Positions 26,009 to 34,148 of a stretch of DNA of 48,772 nucleotides are shown here, in pieces. The translations under genes and the position numbers were made by a program. The stretch is from an uncultured Dehalococcoidales bacterium (GTDB lineage Bacteria > Chloroflexota > Dehalococcoidia > E44-bin15), in the NCBI GenBank assembly GCA_964438305.1, contig CAYTKL010000001.1, positions 1 to 48,772 of the forward strand, given 5' to 3'. The notes below the pieces were generated by a model. It did no database searches, was not told where the DNA came from, and saw nothing but the letters and a program-made list of their open reading frames with translations. The number at the start of each line of letters is the position of its first letter. Position 1 is the first letter of the stretch.

Positions 26009-27577
26009 ATGGCGACGCCGAGCGATGACGGCAGATTTCGGCTAAGCCAGCTTTGCCAGGCGATTTCGGGGAGAAGGAGCATTATCCTTGCCAGCAACCG
26101 AGGCCCCATTGACTATCACATCAATGAGGGGGGAAGGTTGCAGGGGCACCGAGGTAGCGGTGGGGTTGTAACTGCTCTCAGCGCGATCAGCCAGTTCATT
26201 GACGTTACCTGGATCTCGAGCGCGATGGGAGTGGGGGATCGCCAGGCCGCAGAGATGGCGCAGGGGAAACGGTTCAAAGCGTCCTTTCCGGGGCACAACC
26301 TTTTCCTTCGCTTCGTAGTCTCCTCGGGCAGCGTGTATCACAAGTTCTACAGCGTAATCTGCAACCCGCTTCTATGGTTCCTCCAGCACTATATGTGGAA
26401 CTCCACTCACACCCCGAACATCGATGCCCGGGTGTACGATGCCTGGGAGAATGGCTACGTGCGAGTGAACCGTACCATCGCCGATGCGGTGATCGACGAA
26501 GCCTTGAGGAACGAGACTCCTCCCCTGGTGATGCTCCACGATTATCATCTTTATCTGGCCGGCGGCTTCATTCGAGAACAGGTTCCCGATGCTATCATCC
26601 AGCACTTCACCCATATCCCGTGGCCTGAGACCCACTACTGGCAGCTTCTACCCAACGCGATGCGCCAGGCGATCTACGAGGGGCTGTGTGCCAGCGACAT
26701 TGTCGGCATGCAGACCAGGCAGGACGTGAACAACTTCCTCCATTCGTGTGAGGCGTTTGTTGAAGGCGCTGATGTCGACTACCGGGAACACACCGTGCGG
26801 CTGAACGGCCATCTCGTCAGGGTGAACCACTACCCCGTATCCGTGGACACCGCCAACTTGCTGAGGATAATCCGTTCGCCACTGGTGCAGGAGTACGAGG
26901 AGAAGCTGCGGCCCCTCTTCGGTGAGAAGACCATCCTCAGGGTCGACCGACTGGAGCCGAGCAAGAACATCGTGAGGGGTTTTCGAGCCTTCGACTTGCT
27001 GCTTCAGCGCTATCCGGAGCTTCAGGGGAAGGTTACCTTTCTTGCGTTGCTTGTCCCTTCGCGCATGCACATAAGGCAGTACCGAAGGTATGCCGACGAG
27101 GTCAACGAGGCGATCTCGGTGGTCAACGCCAAGTATGGCAACGAGGAGTGGCAGCCCATCAGGGTGCTGTATGAGAACAACTACGCCCAGGCACTCGCCG
27201 GCATGTGCCACTATGACGTCTTGCTGGTGAACTCCGTTATCGATGGGATGAATCTGGTGGCCAAGGAAGGACCAATAGTCAACAGCCGTGACGGTGTACT
27301 GGTACTATCCGAGACCGCTGGCGCCTGTGAGCAGCTTGGCGAGAATGCCCTGGCGATAACCCCAACCGACCTGGAGGGAACGGCTGAGGCGCTTTACCAG
27401 GCACTGTGCATGTCTCCCGAGGAGAGAAGGCAGCGAGCCGTTGCCCTCAGGGACAGTATTCAGGAACACGACGTCACCGCGTGGCTCTACGAGCAGCTTA
27501 AGGACGTGGTTGAGTTGGTGCAGGAGCAGTTCCAGCCAGCCACACAAGGAAGCGCTCTACGTCGCCTACCCCGTTGA
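26009..27577 (+). CDS. otsA: Trehalose-6-phosphate synthase (GT20)
   Basis: IILASNRGPIDY, NPLLWFLQHYMW, LHDYHLYLAGGF, ILRVDRLEPSKNIVRGFRAF and VNSVIDGMNLVAKE. Confidence 0.9.
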   Translation: MATPSDDGRFRLSQLCQAISGRRSIILASNRGPIDYHINEGGRLQGHRGSGGVVTALSAISQFIDVTWISSAMGVGDRQAAEMAQGKRFKASFPGHNLFLRFVVSSGSVYHKFYSVICNPLLWFLQHYMWNSTHTPNIDARVYDAWENGYVRVNRTIADAVIDEALRNETPPLVMLHDYHLYLAGGFIREQVPDAIIQHFTHIPWPETHYWQLLPNAMRQAIYEGLCASDIVGMQTRQDVNNFLHSCEAFVEGADVDYREHTVRLNGHLVRVNHYPVSVDTANLLRIIRSPLVQEYEEKLRPLFGEKTILRVDRLEPSKNIVRGFRAFDLLLQRYPELQGKVTFLALLVPSRMHIRQYRRYADEVNEAISVVNAKYGNEEWQPIRVLYENNYAQALAGMCHYDVLLVNSVIDGMNLVAKEGPIVNSRDGVLVLSETAGACEQLGENALAITPTDLEGTAEALYQALCMSPEERRQRAVALRDSIQEHDVTAWLYEQLKDVVELVQEQFQPATQGSALRRLPR

Positions 27578-28307
27578 GCGTGAAGTCCGCCTCCTCCGCC
27601 ACACCTGGTGGCGTCTCCTGCCCGATGACCCCCACGGCCAGCCCATGGAAACCCTGTGCGTGCATGGCGCCGAAGGCCTCCACATCGCTGGCGTCATCAC
27701 CGAGGTAGATGCCGCGCCGCAGGCTGTATGCCCTGACAAGGGCAACGACTGCGGCACCTTTGTCCACCTCTACGGGAGGGCGAAGCTCAACCACCATCTT
27801 CCCCTCGCGGACGCTGAAACCACTGGCTGCCGGGGAAGCTGCTACGGCGTCCATTATGAGCTTCTTCGCCGTCTGTGGGTCTGGACAACGCCGGTAGTGG
27901 ATGGAAAGCCCCACTGTCTTGTCCTCCAGAATAAGGCCGGACAGGTCCAGTGCTGCGCTGAGTTCGTTGAGGGCGGTGGCCACCTTCGCCGGGTAGCCTT
28001 CGAGGGCTGGGACGAAGCGTACGGCGCCGTTCTGCCACTGCTCCAGGCCGTGATTCCCCACGTACACCATCTCGTCAATCCCCACCATCCGTCTGGCGTC
28101 GAGAGCGGGCCGCCCCGAGATGGCGGCAACCAGTGCCAGGCGCCGCGTGAGGAGGGCAAGCTGTTCGTGGCAAATGGGGGAAACGCTGGCCTCTTGGGGG
28201 GATTCGGCTATCTCGCTTATTGTCCCGTCTATGTCGGTGATGAGGCCAAAGGGAGAGACGCTGAGCGCATCCGCAACCGTGTCTAGATGGTCGAAAAGGT
28301 AGGGCAC
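27498..28307 (-). CDS. otsB: Trehalose-6-phosphate phosphatase (HAD)
   Basis: GLITDIDGTISEI (DxDGT motif), VAAISGRPA, VYVGNHGLE and IYLGDDASDVEAF. Its 3' end overlaps the otsA 3' end by 80 nt. Confidence 0.85.
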   Translation of the reverse strand: MPYLFDHLDTVADALSVSPFGLITDIDGTISEIAESPQEASVSPICHEQLALLTRRLALVAAISGRPALDARRMVGIDEMVYVGNHGLEQWQNGAVRFVPALEGYPAKVATALNELSAALDLSGLILEDKTVGLSIHYRRCPDPQTAKKLIMDAVAASPAASGFSVREGKMVVELRPPVEVDKGAAVVALVRAYSLRRGIYLGDDASDVEAFGAMHAQGFHGLAVGVIGQETPPGVAEEADFTLNGVGDVERFLVWLAGTAPAPTQPRP

Positions 28308-28319
28308 CGGGCCATCTCC

Positions 28320-29291
28320 CTATTCATCATCCTCGGGCACGGGCGGCGGCTGGCGCCTGCGGCGTCGTGGCGGTGGTGGCGTTTCCACTGATGGGGGTTG
28401 CAGTTGTGCCTCAGGCGGGCCCGTCGGCGGTAGACCGCTGCCGAAGTAGACCTTGGTGTGCGGCCAGGGGATCTCGATGCCTGCTTCGTCGAAGGCCCTC
28501 TTGATTCTCTTCCTCATCTCGCCCATCGTCTCCCACTGGCGTATCGGTTTGGTGGTGCCCAGTATCTTGATGTCAATGCCGGAGTCACCGAGGCTGTCAA
28601 CTCGCAGTACCTGGGGGGGCTCGGTGATGATCGACTTCCAGTAGCTCTCCTTGGCCATCTCGGCACAGACTCTGTTGATGACGGCGATGGCGTGTTCCAG
28701 GTCGGTGCCGTAGGCCACGGACACGTTCAGGTTCACCCGCGACCACTCTCTGGTGAAGTTCGACGCCACCCTGATTTCACCGTTGGGGACGAAATGCACG
28801 ATGCCGTCAAGGTCACGCAGGATCGTCCGCCTCAGGTTAATCTCCTCCACTACGCCGGTAGTGTCGGCCACGCGTGCCACGTCCCCGACACGATACTGGT
28901 TCTCCAGCAGAATGAAGATGCCGGCGATGATGTCCTTGACCAGGCTCTGGGCGCCAAACCCAACGGCGATTCCGGCGATGCCAAGACCGGCGACCAGAGG
29001 GGTAACGTTTATTCCCACCTCCGCCAGAATCATGAAGATGGCGGCCACGACGACTATGAAGGTGCCGGTTCCCACCAGGATACGAGACAGGGTCTTGACC
29101 CTTTTCTCCGCCTCGTCCCTGTCTCTCTTGGTCACCCTCTTTCTCAGTCTTGGCGTCACTTTGACACTGTGCCTCAATACTGGCCCGACAAGTTTGCGGA
29201 GGGCAACGTACACAGCAACGCTGACGGCGATGATGATGAGAATCCGAACGCCGTGAGAGGCAAGCCAGCCAAGTACAGCGCTCCAGTCCAT
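28320..29291 (-). CDS. Small-conductance mechanosensitive channel (MscS family) with Pro/Arg-rich C-terminal tail
   Basis: Trimmed to the ATG at 29291, which follows the SD GGAGGG. It has three N-terminal TM segments. GFGAQSLVKDIIAGIFILLENQYRVGDVARV and GVVEEINLRRTILRDLDGIVHFVPNG are MscS core blocks. Confidence 0.85.
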   Translation of the reverse strand: MDWSAVLGWLASHGVRILIIIAVSVAVYVALRKLVGPVLRHSVKVTPRLRKRVTKRDRDEAEKRVKTLSRILVGTGTFIVVVAAIFMILAEVGINVTPLVAGLGIAGIAVGFGAQSLVKDIIAGIFILLENQYRVGDVARVADTTGVVEEINLRRTILRDLDGIVHFVPNGEIRVASNFTREWSRVNLNVSVAYGTDLEHAIAVINRVCAEMAKESYWKSIITEPPQVLRVDSLGDSGIDIKILGTTKPIRQWETMGEMRKRIKRAFDEAGIEIPWPHTKVYFGSGLPPTGPPEAQLQPPSVETPPPPRRRRRQPPPVPEDDE

Positions 29292-29509
29292 GACAGTCCC
29301 TCCTACCTTCCCGTTCGGCGGCGAGAAAACGAGAACATCGCCAGAGAAAAGAACGGGGAGTGCCCGAATGCGCACAGGATAGCAGAAACCTGCAGGCGAG
29401 AAAAGCCTCCCTGGAATGCGGCGCTGTGCCTCCCTGGCGAAGGTGGGGTGGAGTTGGCCGACACACAAGGGCTCCTTAGAGGCAATTGGATGAGCTTCCG
29501 GAGCGGGTG

Positions 29510-29538
29510 TTGACCTCTTGAGAGGTCCGCTTTATAGT
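29510..29538 (+). promoter_or_regulatory. Candidate sigma70 promoter (TTGACC-17-TATAGT)
   Basis: TTGACC at 29510..29515, 17-nt spacer containing the small palindrome ACCTCTTGAGAGGT, TATAGT at 29533..29538. It lies ~55 nt upstream of the 29592 ATG. Confidence 0.35.
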
Positions 29539-29591
29539 TGCGTCACCGTTGGTCGTTGTGGACGGTCATTGCCACGGTGGAGGAGGTTGCC

Positions 29592-29849
29592 ATGACGGAC
29601 AAAGAGACCATGTTCTCCCCTTGCTCACAGATGGACCTTCGGTCGGCGGCTACCAAGGCGGCCCTGGACATAGCCAAGGAGATGGAGGCCAGGGGCGAAG
29701 CAGGGGCGGCCAAATACAGCACCATCCGTGAGAAGGAGACGGACAGGTTCCTCGCTTTCGGCAAAGACATGCAGGAGAAGGGCATGTGTGAGCCGATGCC
29801 GTACGCCGCGCTGAAGGCGGCGGTGGATGAGTTCACCAGGGGTGGCTAG
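29592..29849 (+). CDS. Hypothetical 85-aa protein
   Basis: ATG at 29592 preceded by GGAGGAGG. MTDKETMFSPCSQMDLRSAATKAALDIAKEMEARGEAGAAKYSTIREKETDRFLAFGKDMQEKGMCEPMPYAALKAAVDEFTRGG. It looks helical and I recognise no family. Confidence 0.5.
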   Translation: MTDKETMFSPCSQMDLRSAATKAALDIAKEMEARGEAGAAKYSTIREKETDRFLAFGKDMQEKGMCEPMPYAALKAAVDEFTRGG

Positions 29850-29926
29850 GTCGGCGAAGGGGGTCGCCCTTCTCGGGCGGATGCGAGGGCTCAGTATCAA
29901 GGGCGGTACGGCGCGGGGTCTTTCGC

Positions 29927-31450
29927 CTAGAACAGGGTCCTTGGACGGTACTGCAGGGCCTCGGCGAGGTGACTCGCCGTGATCGTCTCGGCGTGGGCGA
30001 GGTCAGCTATGGTCCGAGAGAGCTTGAGGACGCGATGGAAGGCACGCGCAGAGAGGACAAGCTGGTTCATCGCCGTTCTGAGCAGACTCTGCGCCTCAGG
30101 CTGCACGTGGCACACCTCCCGTACCTCGACGGGGGTCATCTCTGCATTGCAGGCGAGATGGGTGTCCTTGAACCGTTCCCTTTGCGCGGAGCGAGCCTGC
30201 TCAACCCTGGAGCGGACCTTCTCCGACTCCTCGCCCAGCCTGTCGTCGGCGAGCTTCTCGTAGTCGATGCGCGGCACCTGCACGAAAATGTCGATCCTGT
30301 CAAGCAGCGGCCCGCTGACGCGCTTCTGGTAGCGGGAGATTATTCCAGGCGTGCAGGTGCACTCCTTCACCGGGTCGCCGTAGTACCCGCAGGGGCACGG
30401 GTTCATCGCCCCGATCAGCATGAAGTTCGCCGGGAAAGTGACACTTCCCTGAGCACGGCTGATGGTGACGACCTTGTCTTCAATAGGCTGGCGCAGCACC
30501 TCGAGGACGGCGTGGCCGAATTCGGGGAGTTCATCCAGGAACAGCACGCCGCGATGACTGAGGCTGATTTCGCCCGGCCTTGGCCAGCGGCCCCCGCCGA
30601 CTAGCCCGGCGTGCGAGATGGTGTAGTGTGGCGACCGAAAGGGGCGCTGCATCATGAGAGGGGTGTCCTGTGGCAGCAGACCGCTCACACTGTAGACCTT
30701 GGTCACCTCCAGGGCCTCGGCCATGGTCATGTTGGGCAGTATGGAGGGCATGGAGCGCGCCAGCATGGTCTTCCCGCTTCCCGGAGGCCCGCTCATGATC
30801 ACGTTGTGTCCGCCGGCAGCGGCTACCTCCAGGGCCCGCTTCACGTGCTCCTGTCCCTTGACGTAGGCGATGTCTATCGCCGCCGAGCTGGTCAGGACCA
30901 TGTCCTCAAGGGCGGTGTCCGCGCGGTAACTGGGAATGGCCTTCTCTCCCCGCAGATGAGAAGCCAGTTCGGCCAGCGAGTTGACCGGGACGGTGTTGAG
31001 CCCCTGGATCAATGAGGCCTCCTTCGCATCTGAAGCGGGCACAAAAGCCGTGTCGAAACCGCTCTCTTTGGCCAGAGCCACCATGGGTAGGATGCCGTGG
31101 GTGTGTCGCAGGCTGCCGTCAAGGGAAAGCTCTCCCAGGAACAGCATCTGCGATGCATCGGCGAATACCTGCTCTGAGCTGAGCAGGATACCCACCGCTA
31201 TAGGCAGGTCGTAGGCGGGGCCCTCCTTCTTGAGGTCGGCTGGCGCGAGATTGACCGTTATTCGCTTCATGGGAAATGTGAGCCCTGAGTTCTTGATGGC
31301 GGCCCGCACTCTCTCCCTCGCCTCCTGCACTGCCGTATCAGGAAGGCCAACAATGGTGAAGGCGGGTAGTCCCGCTGAGATGTCCACCTCCACCTCGACA
31401 ATGGCTCCCTCCAGTCCCACTACAGCGCAGCTCAGCACCTTGGCCAACAC
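29927..31450 (-). CDS. comM: YifB/ComM-family Mg-chelatase-like AAA+ ATPase
   Basis: MLAKVLSCAVVGLEGAIVEVEVDISAGLPAFTIVGLPDTAVQEARERVRAAIKNSG, Walker A MSGPPGSGKTMLA, VLFLDELPEF and the Cys cluster NPCPCGYYGDPVKECTC. Confidence 0.9.
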   Translation of the reverse strand: MLAKVLSCAVVGLEGAIVEVEVDISAGLPAFTIVGLPDTAVQEARERVRAAIKNSGLTFPMKRITVNLAPADLKKEGPAYDLPIAVGILLSSEQVFADASQMLFLGELSLDGSLRHTHGILPMVALAKESGFDTAFVPASDAKEASLIQGLNTVPVNSLAELASHLRGEKAIPSYRADTALEDMVLTSSAAIDIAYVKGQEHVKRALEVAAAGGHNVIMSGPPGSGKTMLARSMPSILPNMTMAEALEVTKVYSVSGLLPQDTPLMMQRPFRSPHYTISHAGLVGGGRWPRPGEISLSHRGVLFLDELPEFGHAVLEVLRQPIEDKVVTISRAQGSVTFPANFMLIGAMNPCPCGYYGDPVKECTCTPGIISRYQKRVSGPLLDRIDIFVQVPRIDYEKLADDRLGEESEKVRSRVEQARSAQRERFKDTHLACNAEMTPVEVREVCHVQPEAQSLLRTAMNQLVLSARAFHRVLKLSRTIADLAHAETITASHLAEALQYRPRTLF

Positions 31451-31483
31451 GTCTACGAACCTCTACAGCGACTTTCACCCAGA

Positions 31484-31512
31484 ATGTTACAGTGGAGGCA
31501 CGGCTGTGTCAA
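31484..31512 (-). promoter_or_regulatory. Candidate sigma70 promoter for comM (TTGACA-17-TAACAT)
   Basis: On the minus strand, the -35 is plus 31507..31512 and the -10 is plus 31484..31489. It sits back-to-back with the plus-strand promoter at 31529..31557. Confidence 0.35.
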
Positions 31513-31528
31513 CGACGCAAGGCCTCGC

Positions 31529-31557
31529 TTGACGCCATTGCAGCGGCTTGCTACACT
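31529..31557 (+). promoter_or_regulatory. Candidate sigma70 promoter (TTGACG-17-TACACT)
   Basis: TTGACG at 31529..31534, 17-nt spacer, TACACT at 31552..31557, upstream of the 31640 gene. The -10 hexamer is the same as in the mutase promoter. Confidence 0.35.
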
Positions 31558-31639
31558 GCCGTTTGAGGTTCGGTAGATGCCCAGGTCCGTTCGCTTCGAC
31601 GGCGGCAGAGGGACTGGGCACGAAGCACGGGAGGCGGTC

Positions 31640-32128
31640 ATGGAAGGCAATATCATTGTTGCTCTCCGCCAGAACCATGCCCTGGAGCATGCCACGGTCT
31701 CGCTACTCATCAAGAGAGTGGGTCCGAATGTCAGGATGGTCGGGATCTCGACTCACGACGGTTTCTACATCTTCGGGGATGTGCCCACGGACGCCGTTCG
31801 AGAAGCGGCAACGGAGGGCTTGGAGCGCCTGAAGAAGGGTGATAGTGAGCTGGCAGTGTCGCCGTTCTGTGGGACGAACCTCGTTGTCGCGGGGACAATG
31901 GCGGGGCTGGCGAGCCTGATGGTCATGGGGAGCAAAGACCGCAGGAAGAAGGTGCTGCCGGTCATCGTGGCGGCCACACTGGCTATTATCGCGGCTCGCC
32001 CCGTGGGGAGGGCGGCGCAGAAGTATGTGACCACCTCCTCCGACGTCGCTGACGTGAGCATCAGGCGAATCACCCGTCGCGGCGTGGGCAATCGGATACT
32101 GCACAAGGTAGAGACCGCGCGCGAATAG
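31640..32128 (+). CDS. Conserved hypothetical protein with NHALEH motif and one or two hydrophobic segments
   Basis: Trimmed to the ATG at 31640, which follows GGGAGG. MEGNIIVALRQNHALEHATVSLLIKRVG, SPFCGTNLVVAGTMAGLASLMVMG and VIVAATLAIIAARPVG. I cannot confidently name a family. Confidence 0.55.
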   Translation: MEGNIIVALRQNHALEHATVSLLIKRVGPNVRMVGISTHDGFYIFGDVPTDAVREAATEGLERLKKGDSELAVSPFCGTNLVVAGTMAGLASLMVMGSKDRRKKVLPVIVAATLAIIAARPVGRAAQKYVTTSSDVADVSIRRITRRGVGNRILHKVETARE

Positions 32129-32147
32129 TGGAAAGGAGACGTTTGGA

Positions 32148-32915
32148 ATGTCCGTATTTGACCTGACTGACAAGGTGGCTATCGTTACCGGTGGAGGTAG
32201 CGGGATAGGGCGAGGCATCGCTGTTGCCTTCGCCCTGGCGGGTGCGGATGTGGTGGTGGCCGGCCGGAGGCCGGACGTTCTGGAGAAGGCGGCTGCGGAT
32301 ATCAAAGCCGCGGGCCGGCGTTCTCTGGCGGTGCAGACTGATGTGACGCAGGCTGAGCAAGTGGAGAACCTGGTCAAGAAGACTTTGGACAAGTTCGGCA
32401 GAATCGACATCCTGGTCAATAATGCGGGCGGTGCCGCCGCGTGGCCGCTGGAGAAGATGTCGCCCAGGGGATGGGATGTGGTTCTGGCCATAAACCTCAA
32501 GGGAACGTTCCTCTGCAGCCAGGCGGTGGGGAAGGTAATGGTGGAGCAGAAGGAGGGCAAGATCATAAACATCTCGTCGGTCGCTGGACTGAGAGCCTCG
32601 CCAGGCTCGGCACACTACGGAGCCGCCAAGGCCGGCGTTATCAACCTGACCCGATCCCTGGCTGCGCTGTGGGCCGGGAACAACGTGCATGTGAACTGCA
32701 TTGCGCCTGGTCTCATCGACACGGAGGCGGTGAGGCCGGCGCTGAACCTGGAGGACCCGGAGAAGATGAAGGAGCGGGCGAAGGCGATACCCCTGGGGCG
32801 TGTGGGGCAGCCCGAGGACATTGCGTACGCGGCGGTCTTTCTCGCTGCCCCGGCGTCGAACTTCATAACCGGCCAGACAATGGTGGTCGACGGCGGCTCT
32901 GAAGCCATCCGCTGA
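32148..32915 (+). CDS. Short-chain dehydrogenase/reductase (FabG-like)
   Basis: VAIVTGGGSGIGRGIA (TGxxxGxG), NNAGG, SSVAG, and YGAAKAG (YxxxK), and PGLIDT. Confidence 0.9.
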   Translation: MSVFDLTDKVAIVTGGGSGIGRGIAVAFALAGADVVVAGRRPDVLEKAAADIKAAGRRSLAVQTDVTQAEQVENLVKKTLDKFGRIDILVNNAGGAAAWPLEKMSPRGWDVVLAINLKGTFLCSQAVGKVMVEQKEGKIINISSVAGLRASPGSAHYGAAKAGVINLTRSLAALWAGNNVHVNCIAPGLIDTEAVRPALNLEDPEKMKERAKAIPLGRVGQPEDIAYAAVFLAAPASNFITGQTMVVDGGSEAIR

Positions 32916-32957
32916 CCGCCAGTCCCCTGTGTTATTGTAAGGGGCGCCACGCCCCTG

Positions 32958-33047
32958 TGTCATTGCGAGGAGCGAAGCGACGAAGCAATCCCGGAGTATA
33001 GGGAGCCAGAGGTTGCTTCGGCTGGCTTCGCCAACCTCGCAATGACA
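32958..33047. repeat. 90-nt imperfect hairpin element
   Basis: TGTCATTGCGAGG (32958..32970) is the exact reverse complement of CCTCGCAATGACA (33035..33047). Inner arms also pair: GCGAAGC with GCTTCGC, and GAAGCAA with TTGCTTC. Confidence 0.85.
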
Positions 33048-33107
33048 GTAATGTACCCCACTTCGCATACTCTGTGTTCGCGATGGCAATCGGCGTGGCT
33101 GATTCCG

Positions 33108-33163
33108 AGGGGCTTCTGCCGCCTTGTCAATACAAGGGGCTTCTCCCGCCTTGTCAACGTAAG
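33108..33163. repeat. Two tandem ~28-nt direct repeats
   Basis: AGGGGCTTCTGCCGCCTTGTCAATACAA is followed directly by GGGGCTTCTCCCGCCTTGTCAACGTAA. Confidence 0.8.
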
Positions 33164-33235
33164 GGGCGTCACCCCCCCGCTGTGTCATTGCAGGGGGTGC
33201 AACCCTCCTTTGTCATTGTAAGGAGCGCACCCCCC

Positions 33236-33305
33236 ATGTCATTCTGAGGGAGCATAGCGACCGAAGAATCTATGGTGAGATTCTTCGCTGCGCTCAGAAT
33301 GACAT
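33236..33305. repeat. 70-nt hairpin element
   Basis: ATGTCATTCTGAG (33236..33248) pairs with CTCAGAATGACAT (33293..33305). The inner arm CGAAGAATC (33262..33270) pairs with GATTCTTCG (33279..33287). Confidence 0.85.
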
Positions 33306-33399
33306 GAAGGGGTAGGCGGAATGACAATGAAGAGGGGACTGAGAATGTCATGGAGGGCCGGTTGAGAACGACATGGGGGCGCGCTGAAATCTGCGCTGT

Positions 33400-33429
33400 C
33401 GTAGGGGCGTTCAATTGAACGCCCCTACG
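33400..33429. repeat. Perfect 30-nt palindrome CGTAGGGGCGTTCAATTGAACGCCCCTACG
   Basis: 13-bp arms around a central AATT. No flanking T-tract on either strand. Confidence 0.8.
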
Positions 33430-33474
33430 CGCGGTTCGGCTCAGACTATTAGGGGATGGGGTCGAGCAAAGAAG

Positions 33475-33501
33475 AGCAGCAGCCCATTAAGGGCTGCTGC
33501 T
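33475..33501 (-). terminator. Candidate intrinsic terminator of the major pilin gene
   Basis: AGCAGCAGCCC-ATTAA-GGGCTGCTGCT forms an 11-bp GC-rich stem. On the minus strand it is followed by CTTCTTTGC. It lies ~55 nt downstream of the pilin stop at 33555. Confidence 0.55.
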
Positions 33502-33554
33502 GCTATACGGAAACAGGAGCTCCAGTTATGATTCTCCAGTCTGCGGTATGGAGC

Positions 33555-34148
33555 TTACGGGAACACGTCCTGATACCCGTCCGCATCTGTCGCGGTGCAG
33601 GCGGAGCCGACGCATAGCGATACCACGTTCTCGTCGGTGTTGTTCCAGTAGTAGACATAGTGAGCCGAGCTGGAGCAGGTGCACGTAGTGTTGCCCACGC
33701 TGGCAACGTCACAGTTGTCGTCGAGGGTCCCTGACTGCAGGATTGCCGAACTGGGAACCGTGTCGCCCTCGAAGTACCCCAGGGCCACCAACTCACAGAT
33801 GTTGATGATGGCCCACTCGTCGACGACGTCCTGACCAGCCAGACCATCGCCGCTGCCCCCACGCCAAGCGAAGCCGGAGTCACCATCCATGTCACCACTG
33901 GCGTCGTACACCGGGTAGTCGTAGTCATGGCCCACCCAGTAGTCGAGGCACGCATTTTCGAGCGTGCTCTTGTGGAGGTCATAGCTCGTTGACTGAGCAC
34001 CGCCGCCGAAGCCGCCGATGGCGTAGATCACACCGCCGAGCAGGATCGCCACGATGACCATCACGATGAGCATCTCTATCAGAGTGAAGCCCCGCTCGCC
34101 GCCGTCTTTCCTGAGCCCCAATGCCTTGAATCGCTTCATAACATCCAT
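33555..34148 (-). CDS. Type IV pilin / pseudopilin (probable major subunit), prepilin-type N-terminus
   Basis: MDVMKRFKALGLRKDGGERG then FTLIEMLIVMVIVAILLGGVIYAI. This is a basic leader ending in Gly, Phe at +1, Glu at +5 and a hydrophobic helix. The globular part has 7 Cys. The SD GGAGGTG lies upstream. Confidence 0.9.
   Translation of the reverse strand: MDVMKRFKALGLRKDGGERGFTLIEMLIVMVIVAILLGGVIYAIGGFGGGAQSTSYDLHKSTLENACLDYWVGHDYDYPVYDASGDMDGDSGFAWRGGSGDGLAGQDVVDEWAIINICELVALGYFEGDTVPSSAILQSGTLDDNCDVASVGNTTCTCSSSAHYVYYWNNTDENVVSLCVGSACTATDADGYQDVFP

Larger units (their letters stand above)
32920..33386. repeat. Cluster of GTCATTG-core degenerate repeats and hairpins (REP/MITE-like intergenic element array)
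   Basis: - Forward cores GT(C/T)ATTG(C/T)(A/G)AGG are at 32931, 32959, 33184, 33212 and 33238, with 26-28-nt spacing.
- TTGTCAA(T/C)(A/G)(C/T)AAGGGG units are at 33123 and 33150.
- Reverse cores (GAATGAC type) are at 33035..33047 and in four ~24-nt tandem units at 33293..33386. Confidence 0.85.

Noticed and set aside
29856-29872. Short hairpin GAAGGG-GGTCG-CCCTTC between the convergent 29592..29849 gene and comM, considered as a bidirectional terminator.
   Set aside because: The stem is only 6 bp and has no flanking T or A tracts. That is too weak to call.
32920-33386. Possible CRISPR array, given the short repeats at 24-28-nt spacing.
   Set aside because: - The repeats are degenerate rather than identical.
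- They abut one another without unique spacers of 30-40 nt.
- They occur in both orientations and form long hairpins.
- No cas genes are in the window.
31703-33414. Minus-strand ORFs 31703..32572 (289 aa), 32070..33188 (372 aa) and 33169..33414 (81 aa).
   Set aside because: The first two are antisense to the NHALEH protein and SDR genes and are Arg/Pro/His-rich. The last two run through the repeat cluster. Their peptide is just the translation of the GTCATTG-type hairpins (for example HVILSAAKNL).
33503-34000. 165-aa minus-strand ORF overlapping the pilin gene in another frame.
   Set aside because: The pilin frame (33555..34148) has a textbook prepilin N-terminus and SD. The alternative frame is Thr/Ser/Ala/Arg-rich and has no start context.
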